Source: Acidimicrobiales bacterium
GTDB taxonomy: Bacteria; Actinomycetota; Acidimicrobiia; Acidimicrobiales; Bog-793
Direction of reading: 5' to 3'
Length of the DNA stretch: 64,000 nucleotides
Assembly (NCBI GenBank): GCA_050015175.1
Contig: JBEKBX010000017.1
Span: forward strand, 195 to 64,194
The notes beneath the pieces are model-generated. The model was not told the DNA's origin. It did no database searches and saw only the letters and a list, made by a program, of their open reading frames with translations. This document shows positions 11,861 to 20,060 of this stretch, in pieces. The position numbers and the translations under genes are program-made. The number at the start of each line of letters is the position of its first letter. Position 1 is the first letter of the stretch.

Positions 11861-12886
11861 ATGCCAATGAGCCACAGCGCCGACCCACGTGAGCTGTTCC
11901 AGCGCTTCGAAGGCAATCCGATCCTGCGCCCGCACGACTTCCCCAAGATGGTGAACGCGGTGTTCAACCCGGGCGCCACCGTCATCGACGGTCGAACACT
12001 GCTGTTGTTGCGCGTCGAGTACCGCACCGGCCTCTCCTCGCTCGTCACGGCTACCAGCGAAGACGGGCTGACTGGGTGGGAAATCGACGCGGTTCGAGGG
12101 TTGCAGCCACGGTCGGACGGTTTCGAGGAGCACTGGGGGATCGAGGACCCGAGGATCACCCGTGTCGGCGACGAGTACTTCGTCGTCTATGTCGGATACT
12201 CCACCGCTGGGCCGCTCGTCTGTCTGGCCAAGACGCGTGACTTCGTGCAATGGGAGCGAAGCGGTGTCCTGCAGCCGCCCGAGGACAAAGACGCCGCACT
12301 CTTCCCGACGACCTTCGATGGACGATGGGCGCTGATTCACAGGCCAGCACCGGCGATGTCAGGGTTGGGCGCTCACATCTGGCTGTCGTTCAGCCCCGAT
12401 CTGCGCCACTGGGGCGACGCCCGGGTGCTGCTCGCGGCACGGCACGGCGGTTGGTGGGACGCCAACAAGGTGGGGCTCGGACCCCCTCCGCTTCTCACCA
12501 AGGATGGTTGGCTGCTGTGCTACCACGGGGTGCGGGTCACTGCATCCGGGTCGATCTACCGGCTTGGGTTGGCATTGCTGGACAGGGACGACCCGACCAA
12601 AGTTCTGGCGCGCGGCAACGAGTGGGTGTTCGGTCCCCACGAACCTTACGAACGATCAGGCGACGTGCCGGACGTTGTCTTCCCGTGTGGTTGGGTCGTG
12701 CGCGACGACGGCGACACCTTGCACCTCTACTACGGCGCCGCGGACAGCGTCGTCTGCGCGGCCGAGGCGAGTCTGGAGAAACTGCTGAGCCACCTGGAGG
12801 AGCACCCGTACCCGCTGGACGAAGAACACCCGTACCCGCTGGACACGGCCGACAAACCTCCGAGGGGGACTCCGGGCGTGGCCTAA
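11861..12886 (+). CDS. Glycoside hydrolase family 130 phosphorylase-like
   Basis: VFNPGA, GIEDPRIT, EDKDAALFP, LIHRP, KVGLGPPP, YHGV, YRLG, GDVPDVVFPCG, YYGAAD. Confidence 0.92.
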   Translation: MPMSHSADPRELFQRFEGNPILRPHDFPKMVNAVFNPGATVIDGRTLLLLRVEYRTGLSSLVTATSEDGLTGWEIDAVRGLQPRSDGFEEHWGIEDPRITRVGDEYFVVYVGYSTAGPLVCLAKTRDFVQWERSGVLQPPEDKDAALFPTTFDGRWALIHRPAPAMSGLGAHIWLSFSPDLRHWGDARVLLAARHGGWWDANKVGLGPPPLLTKDGWLLCYHGVRVTASGSIYRLGLALLDRDDPTKVLARGNEWVFGPHEPYERSGDVPDVVFPCGWVVRDDGDTLHLYYGAADSVVCAAEASLEKLLSHLEEHPYPLDEEHPYPLDTADKPPRGTPGVA

Positions 12887-12990
12887 GGGTGCGGCGAAGG
12901 CTACACAAGGGGTGGTCGCCCACGCTCGGTGAAGGGAGCGCGACCTCCTGAGCCAAGCGATGGTTTGCATCTCAGTTGCTCATCCAAACA

Positions 12991-13005
12991 TGCTCATTGT
13001 GAGCA
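12991..13005. promoter_or_regulatory. Palindromic operator candidate O1 (TGCTCA-N3-TGAGCA)
   Basis: Perfect 6-3-6 palindrome upstream of the sugar operon; matches a second copy over the start codon. Confidence 0.6.
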
Positions 13006-13196
13006 GTACTGATCAGTGTGCCTCGCCTCAGCGTGGTTGCCCGACTTGGGATCGTCCCCCGAACACGGAGTGCAGGACGACGTTTCTGGTACGCACCTTG
13101 GCCCTAACTGGGGCAATAGTGGAAGTTACGTGGACCTTGCGCGGTAGTCGAGAGTTACGTAGGGTGAACCAAGTCAGTTTCACTACCGGGAAGGAT

Positions 13197-13211
13197 CGCT
13201 CATAATGAGCA
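13197..13211. promoter_or_regulatory. Palindromic operator candidate O2 (CGCTCA-N3-TGAGCA) overlapping the SIS-gene ATG
   Basis: CGCTCATAATGAGCA, 206 bp from O1. Confidence 0.55.
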
Positions 13212-14080
13212 ACTTCGAGCATGAGTTCACGACGCAACCGGAGATGTGGCGGCGCGCCGCGGAGCTCGCGTCCGCGGTGACCCTGTTTCCACCGGATGCC
13301 CGGGTCGCCTTTGTCGGCTGTGGCACCTCGCTCTATGTCGCTCAGGCGGCCGCTGCATACAGGAACGAGCAGATGCTAGGCGAGAGCGACGCCTTCCCGG
13401 CGTCGGAGATGCCCCCCGGCCGCAGGTATGACGCGGTTGTCGTGATCTCTCGCTCGGGGACGACCACTGAGGTCCTCGACGTGACGGCGACGCTCGTTCC
13501 ACACACGCGGACCTTGGCGATCACCGCTGTAGACGACAGTCCCCTCACCCGGCTTGCCGCAGAGCGCATCGTGCTCTCGTTCGCTGACGAGCAGTCGATC
13601 GTACAAACGCGCTTCGCGACAAGCGCCCTCTCTCTCCTGCTCGCCAGCTTCGGGTGGGACGTCGAGGCCTCTGCGACCAGGGCCGAGGTGTTCCTCGGCG
13701 AGCCGCCCGAAGATGTCGGCGCGGCTGACCACTTCGTCTTCCTCGGCCGGGGCGTCGGCGCCGCGCTGGCGAACGAGGCCGCGCTCAAGTTGCGAGAGGT
13801 GCTCGGCGCCTGGACCGAGTCCTACCCCACGATGGAGTACCGCCACGGACCGATCTCCGTCGCCAGCGAGCGATCGCTCGTATGGATCCTCGACGACGCC
13901 GAGCCGAGTATCGACGATGAGATAGCGATCACCGGCGCTCGTGTCGTGCGTAGTGGGAACGACCCGCTCGCCGGCCTCGTCCGGGTCCACAGCGCCGTCC
14001 AGCTACTAGCGACGAGGCGGGGCGTCGATCCCGATCACCCCCGCTTCCTCGTTCGCTCGATCATGCTCGACCGCCGCTGA
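13205..14080 (+). CDS. SIS-domain sugar-phosphate isomerase/deaminase (AgaS/GlmS-C-like)
   Basis: FVGCGTS, VISRSGTTTE, QTRFATS, EAALKLRE, EYRHGP motifs. Confidence 0.9.
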   Translation: MSNFEHEFTTQPEMWRRAAELASAVTLFPPDARVAFVGCGTSLYVAQAAAAYRNEQMLGESDAFPASEMPPGRRYDAVVVISRSGTTTEVLDVTATLVPHTRTLAITAVDDSPLTRLAAERIVLSFADEQSIVQTRFATSALSLLLASFGWDVEASATRAEVFLGEPPEDVGAADHFVFLGRGVGAALANEAALKLREVLGAWTESYPTMEYRHGPISVASERSLVWILDDAEPSIDDEIAITGARVVRSGNDPLAGLVRVHSAVQLLATRRGVDPDHPRFLVRSIMLDRR

Positions 14081-14081
14081 G

Positions 14082-15062
14082 ATGACGAGCGGTGCAGCGA
14101 GTGCCGTTGTCGCACTCGACATCGGCGGCACGAAGATCGCCTCGGCGATCGGCGACGCCGACGGGGAGCTGCGCCGTTGGCGAACGCTGCCGACCGAGGC
14201 CGAGCGCGGTGCCGAACGGGTGCTCGAGTCGGCGATCGCTCTCGCCAACGAAGTGCTCTCAGAGGAGCGGGCGAACGGTGGTGACGTCCGTGCCATCGGC
14301 GTGTCCACGATGGGCTTGACCCGCGTTGATCGCGTTGATCTCGCACCAAACGTCCCAGGCTGGGAGGACCTCGCGATTCCCGCGGCGATCGAGAGTGCGT
14401 TTCCCTCGCTACCAGCGGCGTTCGGCAACGACGTGAAGCTGGCAGCGCTCGCCGAACTTACGTGGGGTGCACTCGCGGGCGTGGCCTGTGGCGTCTACCT
14501 CAACCTTGGGACCGGCATCGCCGCCACTCTCGTCTTCGACGGCCAGGTTGTCGAGGGGGCTCACGGGGCGGCCGGCGAGATCGGTTACTGGCTCACCGAC
14601 GACTCCGCGACGGCACGAATGGCCGCGGACGGTGCGGTTCCGACAGAGGAGGCGCTCGGCGGCAGGGGTGTCGCGCGCCAGACCGCCGCGCTCTTCGGGC
14701 GGGCGGTCGAGGTCGACGAGCTCATCGCACGAGCCGAGGACGACCAGCGCGCAGAGCTGCTGCTCCAGCGCTTGTGGGACAAGATCGGGGCCCTCGTTGC
14801 CAATCTGGCGATCGTCTGCGACCCGAAGGTCCTCGTCCTGGGTGGTGGTTACGTCCGATCCGACCACTTCCCCATCGACGCCATCGCCCGCTTCGTCGGT
14901 CGCGCGGTGCCCTACCCTCCCGATGTGGTGCGCGCTCGCTTCGCGGGAGACGCGTCGCTCCACGGGGCGGTGGCGGTGGCACTGCGGGACTGCCTCGGCG
15001 TCGCGAGCCCAGGTGGGGCCGTCGCCCGGACAAGGAACCGTCGTAGAGGATCCTCACAGTGA
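14082..15062 (+). CDS. ROK-family sugar kinase
   Basis: LDIGGTKIA, NDVKLAALAE, LNLGTGIA, GAAGEIG; no N-terminal HTH. Confidence 0.9.
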   Translation: MTSGAASAVVALDIGGTKIASAIGDADGELRRWRTLPTEAERGAERVLESAIALANEVLSEERANGGDVRAIGVSTMGLTRVDRVDLAPNVPGWEDLAIPAAIESAFPSLPAAFGNDVKLAALAELTWGALAGVACGVYLNLGTGIAATLVFDGQVVEGAHGAAGEIGYWLTDDSATARMAADGAVPTEEALGGRGVARQTAALFGRAVEVDELIARAEDDQRAELLLQRLWDKIGALVANLAIVCDPKVLVLGGGYVRSDHFPIDAIARFVGRAVPYPPDVVRARFAGDASLHGAVAVALRDCLGVASPGGAVARTRNRRRGSSQ

Positions 15063-15259
15063 CCCTGAGTGCCGCCCTCGACGAGACCTACCACGTCAGT
15101 GCGCTCACGCTCGGCGCAGCCCATGGCGCCGAGGAGGCGCATTCCCGGGCGGGCGGGAATGGCCTCGACGTCGCGCGCGTCCTCGGGGGCGCCCGGGTCG
15201 CGGTGCCAACTACCGATCTCGCGGCGAGATCCGCCGTCCATCAGATCGAGCAGTCGTGA
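15059..15259 (+). pseudogene. Truncated PfkB-family (FruK/LacC-like) kinase, N-terminal ~45 aa only
   Basis: VTLSAALDETYHVSALTLGAAHGAEEAHSRAGGNGLDVARVL matches the PfkB N-terminus (TLNPAxD...GGKGINVARVL) and then stops; full-length members are ~310 aa. Confidence 0.75.
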
Positions 15260-15358
15260 CGCTGCCGTACTCGGTTCGCCGAGGCCCTCCGGAACTTTTC
15301 CGAATGCGTTCTACCGCAAGCATGCAATCAGCAAATGGGCAGACAAGGAAGGGGAACG

Positions 15359-16690
15359 ATGAGCAAGAGGACATGGATACACAGCACGGCGTTCAAAGCA
15401 ACTGCGGCGGCAGCGGCCGCATCGTTGGTGCTTTTCGGGAGCGCCGCGGCTGCTTCGCCGGCCCCGCGCCACGCCAGCACAAGCGGCGTGACGATCAACG
15501 TGGCCATCGCCTACCCGGCTCCGCCGAAGGCGATGCTCGCCAAATTCACGAGCCAGACCGGCATCAAGGTCAACTGGTCGAACGTGGGATGGGACGACCT
15601 GCAGACCAAGATCGCAGCCGCCGCGGCGGCCAACACCTACTTCGCCGACGTTACGGACGTGGACTGGTCCAAGGTGGGCGAGTACTACGTGACGAAATGG
15701 TTCCTGCCACTCAACCAGTACTTCAAGATCAGCTCCCTTACATCTCAGTACCCGCAGCTCAGCTCGTTCGTCCGGAACGGGTCGCTCATCGGGATGCCGA
15801 TGGACGTGTCGCTACTCGTCACGACGATCAATGAGAAGCTCTTCAACAAGGCTGGGATCACCTCGACGCCGACCACGCTCGGTCAGTACACAAAGGACCT
15901 GCAGACCCTGAAGTCCAAGGGCGTCGTCAAATACCCCCTGGACATCCCCTTTGCCGCTGCAGAAGGGCTCTCGACGTACTGGTACGAGCTCACTGCGGCG
16001 ATGGGAGGCCAGGTGCTGAGCACGTCCTACAAGCCTTTGTTCACCAGCCCATCCTCTGCCGGTTACAAGGCGATGGCGTGGATGGTGAACGCCTACAAGA
16101 GTGGGCTCGTGGCGAAAGCGAACCTCGACTACACGGACTACCAGGGGTTCACGACCGAGATGGCGCACGGTCTTGCTGCGAGCGTCTTCTCCGATTACTC
16201 GGGAGACATCGGCACGATTTATGACGTCCCCAGCCAGTCGAGCGTCGTCGGTGACGTCACCTACGTCTCGACACCAGGGATCTCTGGCGCAGCTCCCAAC
16301 CTCGCCAACCCTGACGGGATCGGCATCCCAAGGTTGGCCGAGCACGTCCAAGCAGCGGTCGAGTTCATCAAGTGGATGGAGGAGCCCGCAAACCAGGCGG
16401 CGTTCGCTGGTGCCGCCGGGCCCAAGAACGTCATCAGCACCTTCCCGCTGCCGTCCAATCGTGGCGGACTCGGCCTCCTCGCATCATCGGGCAAGGTCCC
16501 TGGCGCAGCCGCGCTCGTCAACCTCGTCGAGAACCACGGGCGTGCCGTCTTCCCCGCCGGTGCCCCACCCTGGTACCCGAACTTCAGCAACGCCGTCTAC
16601 ACGAACTTGCATTCAGCCGCTGCAGGCCAGGAGAGCGTCGCCGCCGCCATCTCGGCGATCGCCTCCGAGGTGAACAGCCTCAACAGCTAG
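15359..16690 (+). CDS. Sugar ABC transporter substrate-binding protein
   Basis: Signal peptide ending in AAA-A, SBP_bac_1-like fold motifs (WDDLQTKI, DVTDVDW, NPDGIGIP), followed by two permeases. Confidence 0.9.
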   Translation: MSKRTWIHSTAFKATAAAAAASLVLFGSAAAASPAPRHASTSGVTINVAIAYPAPPKAMLAKFTSQTGIKVNWSNVGWDDLQTKIAAAAAANTYFADVTDVDWSKVGEYYVTKWFLPLNQYFKISSLTSQYPQLSSFVRNGSLIGMPMDVSLLVTTINEKLFNKAGITSTPTTLGQYTKDLQTLKSKGVVKYPLDIPFAAAEGLSTYWYELTAAMGGQVLSTSYKPLFTSPSSAGYKAMAWMVNAYKSGLVAKANLDYTDYQGFTTEMAHGLAASVFSDYSGDIGTIYDVPSQSSVVGDVTYVSTPGISGAAPNLANPDGIGIPRLAEHVQAAVEFIKWMEEPANQAAFAGAAGPKNVISTFPLPSNRGGLGLLASSGKVPGAAALVNLVENHGRAVFPAGAPPWYPNFSNAVYTNLHSAAAGQESVAAAISAIASEVNSLNS

Positions 16691-16769
16691 CACCAGTCAG
16701 AAGTGGGTCCCGGCCGGGCCGTCGACGAGGGGCGCGGCCGGGACCTCGAACTTGGGAGGAAGGAGCAGC

Positions 16770-17696
16770 GTGTCGCAGGCCGCGATCTCGAGTCGACGCC
16801 CGCTGCCTGGGCTCGCCCACCGACGTTCGCGCCGGTCCGAGGCGATGGGCTACGCCATGGTCGCACCGCTGCTCGTCTTCATCCTGGCCCTCGCGCTTTA
16901 TCCAACAGTTCTCACCACGATCGACGCGTTCATGCACATCGACCCGCTCACCCCGCCGAACCACTTCGCCGGGTTCGGCAACTTCGCGGCCATCTTCTCC
17001 AACCCGGAGATCCGCCAGAGCTTCGAGAACACCGGCTGGTACGTCGTCTTCGGCGTCGGGCTGACGCTCGTGTTAGGCACGGCCTTCGGGCTCCTGCTCC
17101 AGCGGCGCTTCCGCGGCCGGGGCGTCGTCCTGGCGATCGTGATCCTCCCCTGGGCGCTGCCCGGAGTCGTCGAGGGTGTGATCTGGTCCTGGATCTACGA
17201 CCCGACGTTCGGCGTGCTCAACTCGGTGCTGAAGAGCCTGCATCTCCTCTCCCAATACCAGCTCTTCATCGGCACCCGTCAGATCGAGAGCATCCTGCTC
17301 ATCTCGCTCGTCCAGGTCTGGCAGATCACCCCGCTCGCGACTCTGCTCGTGCTCGCGTCTTTGCAGAGCATCCCCGGTGAGGTCTATGAAGCGGCCCGCG
17401 TCGACGGTGCCGGTTGGTGGCAGGTGATCCGCCGGATCACGCTGCCGCTCATCAGGCCCGGGCTCGCGATCGCGGCCGTTGAGGCACTCGTCCTGTCGCT
17501 GAACATCTTCGATCAGGTCTATGTGTTGAACGCGGGTGCCACGACGGCGTCGTCGGTGATGAACATGACCTATTTCGTCACTTTCCAGGGGCTCAACTTC
17601 GGGCAGGGATATGCCCTCTCGTTGCTGGCGACCGTCGTCACGGTGGTGCTGTCACTCGGCGCCTTGAAGCTCCTCTATCGGAAGGTCACCTTCTAA
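16770..17696 (+). CDS. Carbohydrate ABC permease (MalF-like)
   Basis: EAA motif EVYEAARVDGAGWW...RITLPL; 6 TM segments. Confidence 0.93.
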   Translation: MSQAAISSRRPLPGLAHRRSRRSEAMGYAMVAPLLVFILALALYPTVLTTIDAFMHIDPLTPPNHFAGFGNFAAIFSNPEIRQSFENTGWYVVFGVGLTLVLGTAFGLLLQRRFRGRGVVLAIVILPWALPGVVEGVIWSWIYDPTFGVLNSVLKSLHLLSQYQLFIGTRQIESILLISLVQVWQITPLATLLVLASLQSIPGEVYEAARVDGAGWWQVIRRITLPLIRPGLAIAAVEALVLSLNIFDQVYVLNAGATTASSVMNMTYFVTFQGLNFGQGYALSLLATVVTVVLSLGALKLLYRKVTF

Positions 17697-18545
17697 ATGA
17701 GACGGCGGATCGGGGTCTGGGCCCGGCGGGCCGGAATCGCCCTCGTGATCGCGTGGTCGCTGTTCCCGGTCTACTGGGCGCTCAACACGAGCCTCATGAC
17801 AAGTTCTGAGGCTCAGAGCACTCCCACACACTTCTTCGCTACTCGGCCAATCTTCACGAACTATCAGGCCATCTTCGGAGCCGGTCCACAGTCCGCCGCG
17901 GCGGCCGGGGGTATCGGCCGTTCTCTCGTGAACATCGTGGTGGAGAGCGGCGGGGCGACACTGCTGACGCTCGCTATCGCGATCCTCGGTGCCTACGCGT
18001 TCGCGCGGCTGCGATTCCGGCTGAAGAACCTGTTCTTCTACACCGTGCTCGGGACCCTCACCCTCCCGGTATACGCGACGCTGATTCCGCTCTACCGGAT
18101 CATGAGCGAAGTCGGCCTTATCAACACCTACCTCGGCATCGTTCTCGTCTACGCATCGGGGTTCATGCCCCTTGCCATGTGGATCATGTACAACGTCTTT
18201 CTCGCCCTCCCTCCGAGCATCGAGGAGGCGGCCGTCATCGACGGAGCCTCGATGCTCCAGAGGTTCTACAAGGTCGCGCTTCCCATCGCGAAGCCAGGGA
18301 TCGCTGCGACGGCGATCATCACATTCCTCTTGGGATGGGGGCAGTTCATCTTCCCCCTGGTGCTCAGTAGCACCGGGTCGACCCAGCCGCTCACCGTCGT
18401 CCTCGCTGCGCTCGAAGGCCGCCACGTCGTCCCCTACACGATCATCAATGCGGCGGCTATCGTTGCTATCGCCATCCCTGCGGTTCTGGTCTTTCTGTTG
18501 AATAGGTGGATCGTGGAAGGCATCATCGCGGGAAGCGTGAAGTAG
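17697..18545 (+). CDS. Carbohydrate ABC permease (MalG-like)
   Basis: IEEAAVIDGAS...VALPIAKPGI motif. Confidence 0.93.
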   Translation: MRRRIGVWARRAGIALVIAWSLFPVYWALNTSLMTSSEAQSTPTHFFATRPIFTNYQAIFGAGPQSAAAAGGIGRSLVNIVVESGGATLLTLAIAILGAYAFARLRFRLKNLFFYTVLGTLTLPVYATLIPLYRIMSEVGLINTYLGIVLVYASGFMPLAMWIMYNVFLALPPSIEEAAVIDGASMLQRFYKVALPIAKPGIAATAIITFLLGWGQFIFPLVLSSTGSTQPLTVVLAALEGRHVVPYTIINAAAIVAIAIPAVLVFLLNRWIVEGIIAGSVK

Positions 18546-18676
18546 TTATGGACCGCCCCGCAGGTCAGGCCGTGAGAGTCCCAGATGAGAACCGGGCGCC
18601 CACTGCTGGCAACCCTGATCAGACGGTTCCCCCGGACCCACGAGACGGCAGAACGAAGAGGCGGAAAGGTGCTCCC

Positions 18677-19492
18677 ATGCCGGGTCCCGAGCACCCGTTG
18701 CCGCCCCGCAACCGCGCCCGGAACCTCCGCCCGCGGATACGAGACAGCCGACTGCGGTCGATCGTCGAGGTCATCGACGACAACGGTGCCGTCGGCGTCG
18801 AGGACCTCGCGGAGTCGCTCGGAGTGTCGCCGGCGACGGTCCGCCGAGACCTCGCCCGCCTGGCCGACCAGGGCATGATCACACGGTCACATGGCGGCGC
18901 CATGCGTCCGGACGTCGGGCTCGAGGTGCCGATCAGCTATCGCCGCGGAACAGCTGTTGCCCAGAAGCGTCGGATCGCCGCCGCGGCCGCCGCGCTGATC
19001 GGCGAAGGCGCCATCGTAGGCATCACCGGCGGTACGACCACGATGGAGGTCGCGCGGGCGCTGACGCCGGTGCGCAAGCTCACAGTCGTGACCAATGCGC
19101 TCAACGTAGGAATGCAGCTGGCGCGCCACCGAAACATCCGTCTCGTCTTAACCGGTGGCGTCTGCCGCACGGCGTCGTTCGAGCTGTCGGGGCCGATCGC
19201 AGAGAGCACCCTCTCCGGTTACAACCTCGACGTAGCCTTCCTCGGCGTCGACGGAATCGACGTTGACGCCGGTTGCACGACGCATGACGACGCCGAGGCG
19301 AGAGCGAACGCAGCGCTCGTCAAAATAGCGCGACACACTGTCGTCGTCGCCGATAGCTCAAAGATCGGCCGCATCACTTTCGCGAGCATCTGTCCGCTCG
19401 ACCTCGTCGACCAGCTCATCACCGACAACGAGGCAGATCCACAGGCTGTGTCACGACTCGAAGCTGCCGGGCTTCGAGTCGTCCTCGCGTGA
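18677..19492 (+). CDS. DeoR/GlpR-family regulator (AgaR-like)
   Basis: VSPATVRRDL HTH, RSHGGA, GGTTTMEVA, VVTNALN, VADSSKIG; start placed at MPGPEH. Confidence 0.92.
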   Translation: MPGPEHPLPPRNRARNLRPRIRDSRLRSIVEVIDDNGAVGVEDLAESLGVSPATVRRDLARLADQGMITRSHGGAMRPDVGLEVPISYRRGTAVAQKRRIAAAAAALIGEGAIVGITGGTTTMEVARALTPVRKLTVVTNALNVGMQLARHRNIRLVLTGGVCRTASFELSGPIAESTLSGYNLDVAFLGVDGIDVDAGCTTHDDAEARANAALVKIARHTVVVADSSKIGRITFASICPLDLVDQLITDNEADPQAVSRLEAAGLRVVLA

Positions 19493-20060
19493 CTCAGCTG
19501 AGAGAGCCTGCAACTGAGAACAAGTCGATCCCCGAGCGCCTTTTTTGCTCCCAACCGAGAGCAAAGACTGTGAGAGCCTGCCAGATTCGCTTGACCACCA
19601 GAACCGGCCAGATTCAGTTGGCCTGGTCCTCGGCGCTCCCGTCTGTTCCTAAATCGGCGGTGGCGCCTCACCCTCGCCTTGAGTGACGCGAAGCGCTCCA
19701 ACGGCCCGCGATCGTTGGCCCGCCAACTGTCTGATCAGACTCTGACACCACTGAGGCTGGGTCCGCGTGGTCTCGCCGGGCCTAGCGAGCAGAGCACCTT
19801 GAAAACACGCCCTCGAGAAAGGAAGGCTCATGACCATACTGAGCGAACCCACCGGGCTCGGCCTGGCTGAGAGCGCAAGTGCCAGCCGCGGCTGGCGCGG
19901 CAAGCCGACCCTGACTCTGGAGGCCACTACCTCCGCAACAGATCGCGCGCGGCTTAAGGGCCTCAGGTTCATAACCCGTCTTGGCATAAACCGTCAGGTG
20001 CCTTTGGACCAAGGACGATCTGCGAACGGCGACGCGGTGTGGCGCGGCGTCGTTTGAGAG

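Noticed and set aside
12798-12843. 21-bp tandem duplication (EEHPYPLD x2) at the GH130 C-terminus
   Set aside because: It is real but lies in a non-catalytic tail and is most likely neutral slippage.
19540-19570. Terminator after the DeoR gene (TTTGCTC-N8-GAGCAAA)
   Set aside because: The stem is weak and A/T-rich, and the T-run precedes rather than follows it.
19649-19990. Possible decayed FtsX-permease fragment (NLRPLSRARSV...; GQRSRAVGALRV)
   Set aside because: The resemblance is limited to two short, weak patches and cannot be supported without a search.
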